Origin: an uncultured bacterium
Lineage (GTDB): Bacteria > Patescibacteriota > Minisyncoccia > UBA6257 > 2-01-FULL-56-20
Length of the DNA: 64,000 nt
NCBI GenBank assembly: GCA_963830935.1
Contig: CAWHOC010000005.1
Location: 38,023 to 102,022 of the forward strand
Direction: 5' to 3'
Under the pieces are notes generated by a model, which was not told the DNA's origin, did no database searches, and was given only the letters and a program-made list of their open reading frames with translations. Of this stretch, positions 41,820 to 50,726 are shown in pieces; the first letter of the stretch is position 1; each line of letters starts with the position of its first letter. The position numbers and the translations under genes were made by a program.

Positions 41820-43097
41820 ATGGCAAAGTTCGGCAGGAAGACGAAGCAATTACTCAAGATCGTAGGGCCGGGGCTCATCACGGGCGCGGCGGACGACGAC
41901 CCGTCGGGCATCGCCACGTACAGCCAGACCGGCGCGCAGTTCGGCTACGGCCAGTTGTGGACGGCGCTCTTTCTGCTCCCCTTCATGGTGGCGATCCAGG
42001 AGGCGTGCGCGCGCATCGGCGCGGTGACGGGCAAAGGCATCGCGGCGGTCGTCAAAGAAAATTACAACCGCAAAATTTTGTATGGCCTCTTGGCACTTAT
42101 CCTCGTCGCCAACACGATCAACATCGGCGCGGATCTTGGCGCGATGGGCGCGGCGGCGCAGCTCATCATTCCGGTCAACTTCACCCTGCTCACGCTTTTC
42201 TTCACGGCACTCATTTTATTGCTGGAGATATTCGTTTCCTATAAGAACTACGCGCGCATCCTGAAGTGGCTCGCACTCGTTTTACTCTCCTATCCGCTCA
42301 CCGTGTTTTTGATCAGCGAACCGTGGATGACGATCCTGCGCGCGACCGTCCTGCCGCATGTGCAGTTTTCGTTCGCATTCCTCTTTATCATCACTGGCGT
42401 CATGGGTACGACGATCTCGCCGTACATGTTCTTCTGGGAGGCGTCGGAGGAGGTGGAGGAGGAAAAAGAAAAGCATTTGATAAAAGATGGCGCGGCAAAA
42501 CCGACAAAGTCGTTCATGCGCCGCCTTCGCTGGGATAATTTCCTTGGGATGCTCGCATCCGAAGCGGCCACGTGGTGCATCATCGTGGTCGCGGCGACGG
42601 TGCTCGCGACGAACGGCGTGACGAACATCGGCACCGCGGCCGATGCCGCGCGCGCGCTCGAACCGCTTGTGCGCAGCTTCCCGGACGCCGGCTACATCGC
42701 CAAACTGCTTTTTGCGATCGGCATCATCGGCCTCGGCCTGCTCGCCGTGCCCGTGCTCTCCGCCAGCGCATCGTACGCGCTCTCGGAAACGCTCAATTGG
42801 AAGGAGGGCCTCAACTTGAAACTGAAGCGCGCGCACGGGTTCTACGGCGTGATCACGATCGCCACGATCGTCGGGCTTATGATCAACTTCATTGGCATCA
42901 ATCCGATCAAGGCGCTCGTCTTCACCGCCGTCTTCAACGGCGTGGCCGCGGTGCCCCTCATCTTCATCATCGCGCGCATGGCCGCGAGCAAAAAGATCAT
43001 GGGCGAATATAAGAGCGGCTGGCTTTCCAATATTTTCGTCTGGGCGACGTTCGTACTGATGGCCGCCGCGGCCATTGCGATGTTCGCGACGCTGTGA
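41820..43097 (+). CDS. mntH: NRAMP-family divalent metal (Mn2+/Fe2+) transporter
   Basis: GPGLITGAADDDPSGIATYSQTGAQFGY is an NRAMP signature. About 11 TM helices. Confidence 0.85.
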   Translation: MAKFGRKTKQLLKIVGPGLITGAADDDPSGIATYSQTGAQFGYGQLWTALFLLPFMVAIQEACARIGAVTGKGIAAVVKENYNRKILYGLLALILVANTINIGADLGAMGAAAQLIIPVNFTLLTLFFTALILLLEIFVSYKNYARILKWLALVLLSYPLTVFLISEPWMTILRATVLPHVQFSFAFLFIITGVMGTTISPYMFFWEASEEVEEEKEKHLIKDGAAKPTKSFMRRLRWDNFLGMLASEAATWCIIVVAATVLATNGVTNIGTAADAARALEPLVRSFPDAGYIAKLLFAIGIIGLGLLAVPVLSASASYALSETLNWKEGLNLKLKRAHGFYGVITIATIVGLMINFIGINPIKALVFTAVFNGVAAVPLIFIIARMAASKKIMGEYKSGWLSNIFVWATFVLMAAAAIAMFATL

Positions 43098-43178
43098 CAC
43101 TCGCGCATTGACGGGTTCGCCTCCTAGGACTATATTTATTCCTTGGGCGGTAACTTCACATCACGAGGCAGAACGGAC

Positions 43179-43580
43179 ATGGCGAGCCAGTTAGCGATCA
43201 AAGACGTAGAGAAGCTGGAGCAGCTTCACAGAGAGTATCAAAACGAAACCGACAGAGCGGAGCGCGAGAAACGGAGAAATCGCCTCGGGTGCTTTGTCAA
43301 AAGACTCATCCGCAAAACGGACACTTCGGCAGGACTGGAGTGCATCCAATTCCTTATGGATGCCTTCGACCCGAGCCAAAAGTTCGGCCCTCCGATAGTT
43401 TTCCCCGCCGGTCTCTGGAAACACCTGGGGAGCAAGATCGCCAGTTGCAGGGTGATCGAGCGGAAACCGACCACTGACGCGGAACGGCGGGCGCGCAAGG
43501 CGCTCCGGAGGAAAGATCGGCATCCTCAACAACAGGCGCCAGCACCACAACTCACGCCGGCGGCGGCGCAGGCACAATAA
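43179..43580 (+). CDS. hypothetical basic protein
   Basis: Track ORF 43143..43580, with the start taken at MASQLAIKD. No motif recognised. Confidence 0.35.
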   Translation: MASQLAIKDVEKLEQLHREYQNETDRAEREKRRNRLGCFVKRLIRKTDTSAGLECIQFLMDAFDPSQKFGPPIVFPAGLWKHLGSKIASCRVIERKPTTDAERRARKALRRKDRHPQQQAPAPQLTPAAAQAQ

Positions 43581-43629
43581 GCGCCACCACACCCCGGACC
43601 AGAGAGCTCCCGCTCTCCGGTCCATTTTT

Positions 43630-45219
43630 TTATTTTCGGATGACCCGATATTCGGGATGCACCTCGAGCGGCAGGTCCTTGAACCGCGCAACGAGCGCCG
43701 GGACTTCGGGCGCGATGAATCCCCACTGCTTTACGAACGCGACTGCCTTCGCGTAATCCCCCTCCAGCTGCACCTTCACAAACTCTTCGCCGAGCGCGAT
43801 CATCGCCGCGAGCGTCTTCGTGGGATCGATGTCAAAGAATCCCGTAGCCTCGTCGTACCGCACCGCACCGTAATGCGTGAGCCAGTTGTATTCAATGAGC
43901 GACCCCGCGGAATGCGCCTCGGTGTAACTCGTGCGCCATCCCGCCACCAAGCTCGCAACCTCGTACACGGCGCACATTTCGAGCTCGTCGCGAGTCAGCA
44001 ATCCTTTTTTGTAAAAATAGTCGAGCAACGCGACGCCCACCATATCCGCCTTCGCTTCTTCAAGCATGGAATGGAGGTCTTTCAATAGAATTTCAAAACT
44101 TACTTCCCTGCCATCCACCTCCCGCACGCCCGGACCGATACCATGCGCAAGCTCGTGGCCAAGAACAAAAAGCATTCTGTGCCGTTGTTCGCATTTTTTC
44201 AAAATATCGGGGGCAAGAAGTCGCTCAACAATGGGGCGCGTGAGCATGGAAAACTTCGCATCCATCATTGTTTTTGAAAAAACCTTCTTTGAACCCTTCA
44301 CTTCGTGGATCCTACGATCGTTCGGAAGATTATACGCGACGAATTGTCTGCCAAACGCCGCTTCGCCGCCGCGGTAGATGTCGCGGGCGACGACCATCGG
44401 CGTCGCGTTATTTTTCGCCTTATATCCCAAGCGCGCCGCAAGTATCGCGTCAAACTCCGGCAGCGCCGCCACAAATTTTTCCATCTCCGCAGTCGCCGCT
44501 TTGTCCGGCAGGGCGACGAACGCCTCAAACGTCGCCTTAATGCCGAACAATCCGTCCGCGTACACCTCGTACGGACCGATCGTCACCTCGAACGGCTGGC
44601 CCGTGGTATCCACCCACGCGACATCACTCTCCCAATAATCGTTCGAAAGGAACGCGGCGGCGCGCAGCATGAGAAATTTTTTGAGAGGTCCTGCGGGCAA
44701 AAGCGCCGCCGCGCTTTTGAGCTCGGCCGACGCCGCTTCCAAAAACTGTTTATATTCCACGCTATACGGAACGGCAACGAGGCCGGCGGCGGCGTCCGCG
44801 CCTCTCTTTATAATAGTGGTGCGGCTTTCAAAACTTTCCCGATCGGCGGAATGCGCCACCAGCCACTCGTTCCATTCTTTCTCAGTAAGGTCGGCGGGGT
44901 AGAATGAGGCCGCCTTTGGCTTCGGCCCGACGCCGGAGATGAATGGCTTGTCTCCGTCAAAGCCGTCCCACGGCCCACCGTTCACATTGAAATATTTAAA
45001 AAGGTCCTTGCCTTCCTCGTCGGTGCGCGCGGCGAGCGCGGCGAGCGAGGCGCGCAGTTCCAGATTCTTGGGATCCATCTGGAGCAGATAGATGTCGGTC
45101 ATGATCTCCGCGGCGCGCACGCAATGGCGCAACGCTTCGCGCTCATTGTCCGAGAGGCCGGACAGGTCTTGCGCGGCGTCAAAAAACACTATTTTCCTGA
45201 GCGATTGTTTTATATTCAT
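43630..45219 (-). CDS. zinc metallopeptidase (HExxH; DPP III / M49-like)
   Basis: FVLGHELAHGIGPG (HExxH) and a downstream EEAKAD second motif. 529 aa. Confidence 0.5.
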   Translation of the reverse strand: MNIKQSLRKIVFFDAAQDLSGLSDNEREALRHCVRAAEIMTDIYLLQMDPKNLELRASLAALAARTDEEGKDLFKYFNVNGGPWDGFDGDKPFISGVGPKPKAASFYPADLTEKEWNEWLVAHSADRESFESRTTIIKRGADAAAGLVAVPYSVEYKQFLEAASAELKSAAALLPAGPLKKFLMLRAAAFLSNDYWESDVAWVDTTGQPFEVTIGPYEVYADGLFGIKATFEAFVALPDKAATAEMEKFVAALPEFDAILAARLGYKAKNNATPMVVARDIYRGGEAAFGRQFVAYNLPNDRRIHEVKGSKKVFSKTMMDAKFSMLTRPIVERLLAPDILKKCEQRHRMLFVLGHELAHGIGPGVREVDGREVSFEILLKDLHSMLEEAKADMVGVALLDYFYKKGLLTRDELEMCAVYEVASLVAGWRTSYTEAHSAGSLIEYNWLTHYGAVRYDEATGFFDIDPTKTLAAMIALGEEFVKVQLEGDYAKAVAFVKQWGFIAPEVPALVARFKDLPLEVHPEYRVIRK

Positions 45220-45821
45220 CTCCCCGGCAGGATGAAGTGTTCGCGACAGCGCGGCTCGTACGATTCTCCCGGCATCTTGATCGGGCTGTCGAACGGAGCG
45301 GGTTGACCATCAATGAGCCGCTGAGAGAACAATGCCTGCGCGCCGCACGAGCAGTACGAGACGCACCAGCTGATCGCGCCGCCGTAATAGTTAACGAGCC
45401 ACGTGAGCCCCAGCATATCGCCGAACGGGATCGCGCGAAAATCGAGGTCGAGCCCCGCCACGAGCACGTCGTACCCCGACTCCATCAGGTCTTTCGTAAA
45501 AAGGAAAAGGCCGTCCACGAACTGGCCTTCGTCGATCGCGATCGATTCCACTTTCTTGCCGATGTTCTTCTCCTCCGCCGCGACGCACTTCATGATGCTC
45601 CACGGATCGCTCGATTTGAACTCGAGCGCTTGCATCTTGCCGTGTCCGTGCGGATTGCGGCTCGTGACGAGCCCAGGCGCGCTCTTTGTATCGTCGCTCG
45701 GCTTGAAGAGCATCACGCTCTGGTGCGCGAACTCGCGGCGCATCGCCACGCGGCGCAAGAGCTCCTCCGTCTTGTTACTCCGCATCGGCCCCATCAGCAG
45801 TTCCAATTTCCCCTTCTGCAT
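45216..45821 (-). CDS. tdk: thymidine kinase
   Basis: GPMRSNKTEELLRR (P-loop) and a C-terminal Zn ribbon (CVSYCSCGAQALFSQRL...CREHF). Confidence 0.85.
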   Translation of the reverse strand: MQKGKLELLMGPMRSNKTEELLRRVAMRREFAHQSVMLFKPSDDTKSAPGLVTSRNPHGHGKMQALEFKSSDPWSIMKCVAAEEKNIGKKVESIAIDEGQFVDGLFLFTKDLMESGYDVLVAGLDLDFRAIPFGDMLGLTWLVNYYGGAISWCVSYCSCGAQALFSQRLIDGQPAPFDSPIKMPGESYEPRCREHFILPGR

Positions 45822-45883
45822 ACCTCACAGTCTATCGCGAAGGGAGGGAATGTCAAAAGATAGAAAAACCCTGTAGACAACTA

Positions 45884-45925
45884 GTTTACAACTTTGAATT
45901 TCTAATATACACTAAAGTTGTAAAC
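45884..45925. promoter_or_regulatory. 12-bp perfect inverted repeat 3 nt upstream of the start codon
   Basis: gtttacaacttt - N18 - aaagttgtaaac, ending 3 nt before the ATG at 45928. A candidate operator or translational control hairpin. Confidence 0.35.
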
Positions 45926-45927
45926 AA

Positions 45928-46986
45928 ATGAACCCCATAAAACAAAAGGTTTTCGATATCATCAAGTCCGAAAGGGAAGTTAAAGCGAGCCGCCTTGAAG
46001 GCCGACTTAACGTCAGCCGACAATATCTCCACAGGTTTCTGAAAGAGTTACGCGAAGAGGGCAAGATCGCCCTTTTGGGAAAAGCAAATCGGGCCGTGTA
46101 TGTCTTTGCGAATAAAGAGGCCTTACTTACTGCACGAAAAAAAATAAAGAAATTCCATCGTTTCCTGCATAATAAAGATATTTCCGAAGATATCGTTCTC
46201 GATTCTATAAAACGTGATTCGGGAATCTTCATCGACGTGCCCGAGGACATCGGCCGCATACTCAACTACGCATTCACCGAAATGATGAACAACGCCATAG
46301 AACATTCTCGATCGAGAGAGATCGAGGTCCTCATGATGCGTGACAGGTCTTATATTCGTTTCGAGATCACCGACTCGGGAATTGGAATATTCCATCATAT
46401 TATGGCAACACGCCATCTGCGGAATGAGCTGGAAGCGATACAAGACCTCCTGAAAGGAAAACAAACAACCGATCCCCAACACCATACCGGGGAAGGGATT
46501 TTTTTTACATCAAAAGTCGCCGACGCATTTACTATAAAAAGTTCTACCAAGGAATTAACTTTTAATAACCTTATCGACGACGTATTTGTCCGGGATATCA
46601 AGAATCGTAGAGGTACCAAAGTGACATTTACGATTGCTATTGATTCATCCAGAGATCTGCAGGAGGTTTTTGGTGAATATAGCACGAGTTCATACGAATT
46701 CGATAAAACCAAGGTTGCAGTACGGTTATATAAAACGGGAACTCTTTATATTTCCCGTTCCCAAGCCCGCAGAATCATGACTGGTCTTGAGAAATTTAAA
46801 ACCGTCATCTTGGATTTCTCGCATATTAAATCGGCTGGCCAAGGATTTGCCGATGAGATATTCCGCGTATGGAGAATTCATAATCCGGAAGTGAAAGTGG
46901 AGGCCATCAACACCAATGAAAATATTGACTTCATGATAAAACGAGCCCTTAAGGAAGGAGCGAAAACTCAACAGGGACTTTTTTAG
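45928..46986 (+). CDS. wHTH + GHKL (HATPase_c, RsbW-like) + C-terminal STAS-like (DUF4325-like) domain protein
   Basis: The N-terminus QKVFDIIKSEREVKASRLEGRLNVSRQYLHRFLKELREEGKI is a winged HTH. The middle region IFIDVPEDIGRILNYAFTEMMNNAIEHS...ITDSGIGI is a GHKL N-box/G-box. The C-terminus ...TVILDFSHIKSAGQGFADEIF is STAS-like. Confidence 0.55.
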   Translation: MNPIKQKVFDIIKSEREVKASRLEGRLNVSRQYLHRFLKELREEGKIALLGKANRAVYVFANKEALLTARKKIKKFHRFLHNKDISEDIVLDSIKRDSGIFIDVPEDIGRILNYAFTEMMNNAIEHSRSREIEVLMMRDRSYIRFEITDSGIGIFHHIMATRHLRNELEAIQDLLKGKQTTDPQHHTGEGIFFTSKVADAFTIKSSTKELTFNNLIDDVFVRDIKNRRGTKVTFTIAIDSSRDLQEVFGEYSTSSYEFDKTKVAVRLYKTGTLYISRSQARRIMTGLEKFKTVILDFSHIKSAGQGFADEIFRVWRIHNPEVKVEAINTNENIDFMIKRALKEGAKTQQGLF

Positions 46987-47284
46987 AATTTAGGAGAAAA
47001 ACTTGCGCGTGCCATAGTTCTCTTGTTATCTCCTTCCGTTCAATACTTCTCTCTCCACGAACCCAATCCCCTTCAAATGCTAATGCCCCCTCAGGGCCAT
47101 CCACGCTCTCTCTTGGCTCATCGCGAAGATCAATTCCTTCATTAAAATTTCCCTGATTCATAACAAAACTTTATCTCTGTTTTACTTTAAATACAATCCA
47201 AAGTTTGCCATTCCGCTCAACTCCCCTGTTTTCTCAAAATCCGGCAAACTCAAAAAACTCAATATCCATAGGGATATCAAGCTA

Positions 47285-48148
47285 TTATGGCTTGGCTAAA
47301 ACAAAAAGCGACTGGCCGTTATTCACGTCTCGATCCTTAGGAAATCCAATAAATCGCTCTTTTAGAATAATGAAGCCTGCCTTTTTAAAAACCTCCGCCC
47401 ATTCCTCAAGGGTCCGAAATCCAAATGGCATCGGAATATTTCTGCGTCCCGCGAGAACCCTATTGGCAATCCAATCAAATGCACTCATGACTTTCATTTT
47501 ACCCTGTTTATCCAGCGCCATAAATCGGCTATAAATGGCCTTTCCTTGTTCCGGTCGCAACTTTTCACTATAAGAATCCTCGAGTACAACGAGCCGTGAT
47601 CCGGATTTCAAAGTGTTAAATATGACTCTCAGATATTCTTCTTGCTCGACATAATTCATATGGTGTAACACCCACGTCATCACTACTGAGTCCGGCACTT
47701 CCTTTTTCATAAAAGTTTCAAACTCGCTCTCTGCGACAACTGCGGTTTTTATACCAAGGCCGTTCAGTTCATTCCAAGCAGGATATAAATTAACATCAAT
47801 CCCAATAAGCGTGCCGCCTCCCCTCTTAATCAACTCTTTTAGAAGTGTTCCCGTGCCACATCCAAGATCTAAAATCTTCCCATCCTGAGGAACTTCCGGG
47901 ACTACATACTTCTCAAATAATTTACCCGCCAATTCGCCAAGAAAATGTACTGTCTGGCACTGATAAAGCTCCTCGGCATGTTGCGTCGAATATTGTTCGC
48001 ACCCTCCATTTTTTATGGCTATGAATAGATCACTGATGAGCCCAGCTGGATAGCCAATATCCGAAAGAGATTGTGTAAGACTGTTCTCAATAAAAGAATT
48101 GAGAGCCGGACCAAGGACGATATCTTGGATGATATTTTCACCTTCCAT
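47285..48148 (-). CDS. class I SAM-dependent methyltransferase
   Basis: ILDLGCGTGTL (motif I) and a downstream acidic motif II. Confidence 0.7.
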   Translation of the reverse strand: MEGENIIQDIVLGPALNSFIENSLTQSLSDIGYPAGLISDLFIAIKNGGCEQYSTQHAEELYQCQTVHFLGELAGKLFEKYVVPEVPQDGKILDLGCGTGTLLKELIKRGGGTLIGIDVNLYPAWNELNGLGIKTAVVAESEFETFMKKEVPDSVVMTWVLHHMNYVEQEEYLRVIFNTLKSGSRLVVLEDSYSEKLRPEQGKAIYSRFMALDKQGKMKVMSAFDWIANRVLAGRRNIPMPFGFRTLEEWAEVFKKAGFIILKERFIGFPKDRDVNNGQSLFVLAKP

Positions 48149-48197
48149 AAAGGCATTATAACAAAGACTTGAGATGATAGGCGGCCAAAATGACCAT

Positions 48198-48215
48198 CTG
48201 TGGAAGCGGGCGGAA
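48198..48215. repeat. 18-bp direct repeat of the tmRNA 3' end (att-like)
   Basis: ctgtggaagcgggcggaa is identical to 48413-48430, i.e. the tmRNA T-stem 3' strand + acceptor 3' strand + 3 nt beyond. Confidence 0.6.
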
Positions 48216-48337
48216 GCTCACGCGCTCACTGCGTTCGCTTTTGAGAACCCTCGGTTCTCAATACTCTCCTACACGGGAGGGGCAGCCTGCCCCTCCCGAC
48301 CCCACCCCTCTCGTTCGATTCCCGTCTGCATCGAGCA

Positions 48338-48413
48338 GCAAGAAAACAAAAACAGGCATATTCGCCGAACGGTCCATCTTCGGGAGGCGAATATGCTGTT
48401 TTTGTTTTCTTGC
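48338..48413. repeat. 27-bp-stem hairpin immediately 3' of the tmRNA gene
   Basis: gcaagaaaacaaaaacaggcatattcgcc - 20-nt loop - ggcgaatatgctgtttttgttttcttgc. Located between the tmRNA 3' end and the att-like repeat, near a 25-bp perfect palindrome cgggaggggcag-c-ctgcccctcccg at about 48274-48298. Confidence 0.5.
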
Positions 48414-48415
48414 TG

Positions 48416-48732
48416 TGGAAGCGGGCGGAATCGAACCGCCGTGTAAAGATAATGCCGATGGGCCGTCTACGAGTGTAGTTTAGCTAGGCTAAGCGAAGTG
48501 ATCATATTTTCGCGCCGGGCGTATGATCGTCAACCTGGCGCTAGTCCCCTTATATAAGACCGGTATCAGTCCAAGGAACCCGGACCGGCCGATCCCGAAG
48601 GGCTAGGCGTAAGCCAGAGCGAACTTCGGAGCTGCAACTTTGGAGTTGGCAGTTATAGGTTGTGCAACAATAACGACGTTGCCAACGACTCGCAAACCCA
48701 TGGATTATCTTTATCGAAGCCAATGCGCTCCC
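48416..48732 (-). ncRNA. ssrA: tmRNA (ssrA)
   Basis: Minus-strand 5' end GGGAGCG-CATTG-GCTTCGAT (tmRNA consensus GGGGnnGnnnnGGnUUCGAC...). The 3' end GGCGG-TTCGATT-CCGCC-CGCTTCC-A is a T-arm with an acceptor that pairs with the 5' end. About 317 nt. Candidate tag ORF ...GCC AAC TCC AAA GTT GCA GCT CCG AAG TTC GCT CTG GCT TAC GCC TAG (ANSKVAAPKFALAYA*). Confidence 0.75.
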
Positions 48733-48856
48733 AGCGCAAGCGGCGTGCCATAAGGCAGCCCCTATTATACCACGGCGCATGGTAGAATAAAAGGGTACAA
48801 AAACGCAGCGCGAAAGGTCGAAGAAATTTGATTTAATCAATTTTTAATCTCTATTT

Positions 48857-49069
48857 ATGGAAGAAACACATGTAATGCCCGGCAAGGGCATGACCTGCAA
48901 GTGCCCGCATCACAAAGCGATACCAGTACTCATCATCCTCATCGGTTTGGACTTCCTTTTGGGAGCGACGGGAACCCTCTCATGGAACTTCGTTGACGTC
49001 ACCTGGCCGATCCTCTTGATGATCGGCGGCATCGTGAAGCTGGTCCGCTGCGGCTGCTGCAGCAAGTAA
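48857..49069 (+). CDS. small membrane protein with C-terminal CGCC motif
   Basis: 70 aa with two hydrophobic helices (AIPVLIILIGLDFLLGA; WPILLMIGGIVKLV), ending ...VRCGCCSK. Confidence 0.4.
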   Translation: MEETHVMPGKGMTCKCPHHKAIPVLIILIGLDFLLGATGTLSWNFVDVTWPILLMIGGIVKLVRCGCCSK

Positions 49070-49071
49070 AT

Positions 49072-49172
49072 AAAAACAGTCCGTCATTGTCTCGTTCCGA
49101 CGTAGCGACCGCAGGAAGTCCCGCGGGAGGACGTCCACTCGCTCGACAACAACGGACTGTTTTTATTTTTGT
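49072..49172 (+). terminator. large structured terminator-like element (10-bp outer stem enclosing about 60 nt, then a T-run)
   Basis: aacagtccgt ... acggactgtt followed by tttatttttg. The interior contains the palindrome tcccgcggga. Confidence 0.45.
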
Positions 49173-49223
49173 GGCGTGGGAGATTCGGGGGCTTCTTCTG
49201 TGACTTTCTGGATGTTGGCGCGC

Positions 49224-49768
49224 TTAAGCAATTCCGCCTGCATCCATTCCGGCGAGGTCTTTGTCGAGTGCGGGAAGGATTCCTTCCGTATCGTCGTCGC
49301 CCGGCTTCTCGTTGTCTTCATGGCCGGCGGTCAGGATGACGATGCGGGAGAGGCCAAGCATCTGAAACGAAATGTCGCGCCGGATGTCGACATCCTGGAT
49401 CTGCCGGTATGGGATCGCCACTTCCTCTTTGTTCAAGATCCCGCGCTTTATTTTCAATGAATCATCTCCGAGGCAGTATTTGTAATTCGCGTAGATGAGC
49501 CACGCGACGAGGAATGTGATGAGGAGTGCCGACGATAAAAAGCGCGAGTGCGAGCCATGCGCCGAGCATCGTGTATGCGCGTCAAGTCGCCGATCGGCGT
49601 CGTGACGAGGAACGATTGCCCGCCGAGGGCGAAGAGCACGATCGTGAGCAAAAGCAAAACGAACGCGGCATGGACACGCTCCAGGAAAAATATCCAGAAC
49701 GTCTTCTTCCCCATGGTGTGGTAGACATCTTCGGGGACGCCGGGATGGGTTATTGGATTCTCGTCCAT
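49224..49768 (-). CDS. bacterial PH-domain (bPH_2/DUF304, YdbS/YdbT-like) membrane protein, frameshifted
   Basis: The 49454..49768 ORF has the N-terminal TM pair (FWIFFLERVHAAFVLLLLTIVLFALGG). The 49224..49457 ORF (TTG start) has GILNKEEVAIPYRQIQDVDIRRDISFQMLGLSRIVILTAG, a bPH_2 core. Confidence 0.5.
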
Positions 49769-49806
49769 TTTGATTATTCTACCACAGCTGATATAATGGA
49801 GGCATT

Positions 49807-50309
49807 ATTAAGCCCCGCATCAACAATCAAATAACCGCACCGGAGCTCCGCGTCATCGGCGAAAAGGGAGAGAATCTTGGCGTCATGCCGCGCGCCGACG
49901 CGCTCGCGCTCGCCCGCCCGGACGACGGCATCGACCTGATAGAGATCTCCGCTCCGCGACGCCGCCCGTCGTGCGCCTGATGAGCTACGACAAGTTCCGC
50001 TACGAGGAAGAAAAACGGATCAAGAAGGAGCGCGCCGCGCAGAAGACCGCGTCCATGAAGGCCGTGCAGATCACGGCAAAGGCCGCGCATAACGACCTGA
50101 TGGTCAAAGTGCGCCAAGTGGAAAAATTCTTTGCCGAAGGACATCCCGTGGAGGTCGTCATGCGCCTGCGCGGCCGCGAAAAGCGCAACAAGGATTGGGC
50201 GATGGAAAAACTGAAAGAATTTTTGACGCTGATTCCCGTGGAATACAAGAAGCTCAACGAGCCGCGTTTTTTGGGCAACGGCCCGGCCGTGCAGATCGCG
50301 AAGAAATAA
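49807..50309 (+). CDS. infC: translation initiation factor IF-3, probable AUU start, frameshift in a C-run near 49960
   Basis: The frame opening after TAA at about 49795 reads (ATT)(ATT)[51 protein letters not shown], which is the IF3 N-domain, with no ATG. Track ORF 49971..50309 = [16 protein letters not shown]...[14 protein letters not shown]... is the IF3 C-domain. The junction cgacgccgcccgtc would be in frame with one extra C. Confidence 0.8.
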
Positions 50310-50354
50310 AAAATGGGCGTACAGTTTTCTCCCGTATGCCCGTTCGAGATTTTG

Positions 50355-50726
50355 CTAAATAAGATGTGCCGGAATCTGTCCGTAAAGACGCGTCGCGTAT
50401 TCCAATTCGTAGGTCTCCCATGATTTCTCGAGTGTGGATGATGTCATTTTTATCAGCTTCCAATAATTTGCGATGAACACAGTGCCGTTGGCAGCATTGG
50501 TGCCGATGCATTCTTCAGCATTGCCCCTCTTATATTTCACAAGAATCTGGTCGCCATCAATGACGAGGATGGTAAGTGTTGCGCCCTTCATGATCCACAC
50601 GTGTTCATTGAAAGCAAAGAAAACCTTTCCGTCGTTACGAATTCCGTTCGGATTTTTGACACGAACTTTTCGCGGCTCAAGATTGATGAATGAATCGCCA
50701 ACCTCAATCTTAGGTAGGTCCTGCAT
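50355..50726 (-). CDS. hypothetical protein (antisense insertion between infC and rpmI)
   Basis: 123-aa track ORF in a locally AT-richer stretch. No motif recognised. Confidence 0.4.
   Translation of the reverse strand: MQDLPKIEVGDSFINLEPRKVRVKNPNGIRNDGKVFFAFNEHVWIMKGATLTILVIDGDQILVKYKRGNAEECIGTNAANGTVFIANYWKLIKMTSSTLEKSWETYELEYATRLYGQIPAHLI

Noticed and set aside
48413-48440. Stand-alone minus-strand tRNA suggested by GGCGGTTCGATTCCGCC
   Set aside because: There is no tRNA body within 90 nt. Instead the acceptor strand pairs with GGGAGCG about 317 nt upstream, which carries the tmRNA 5' consensus. It is therefore assigned as the 3' end of ssrA.
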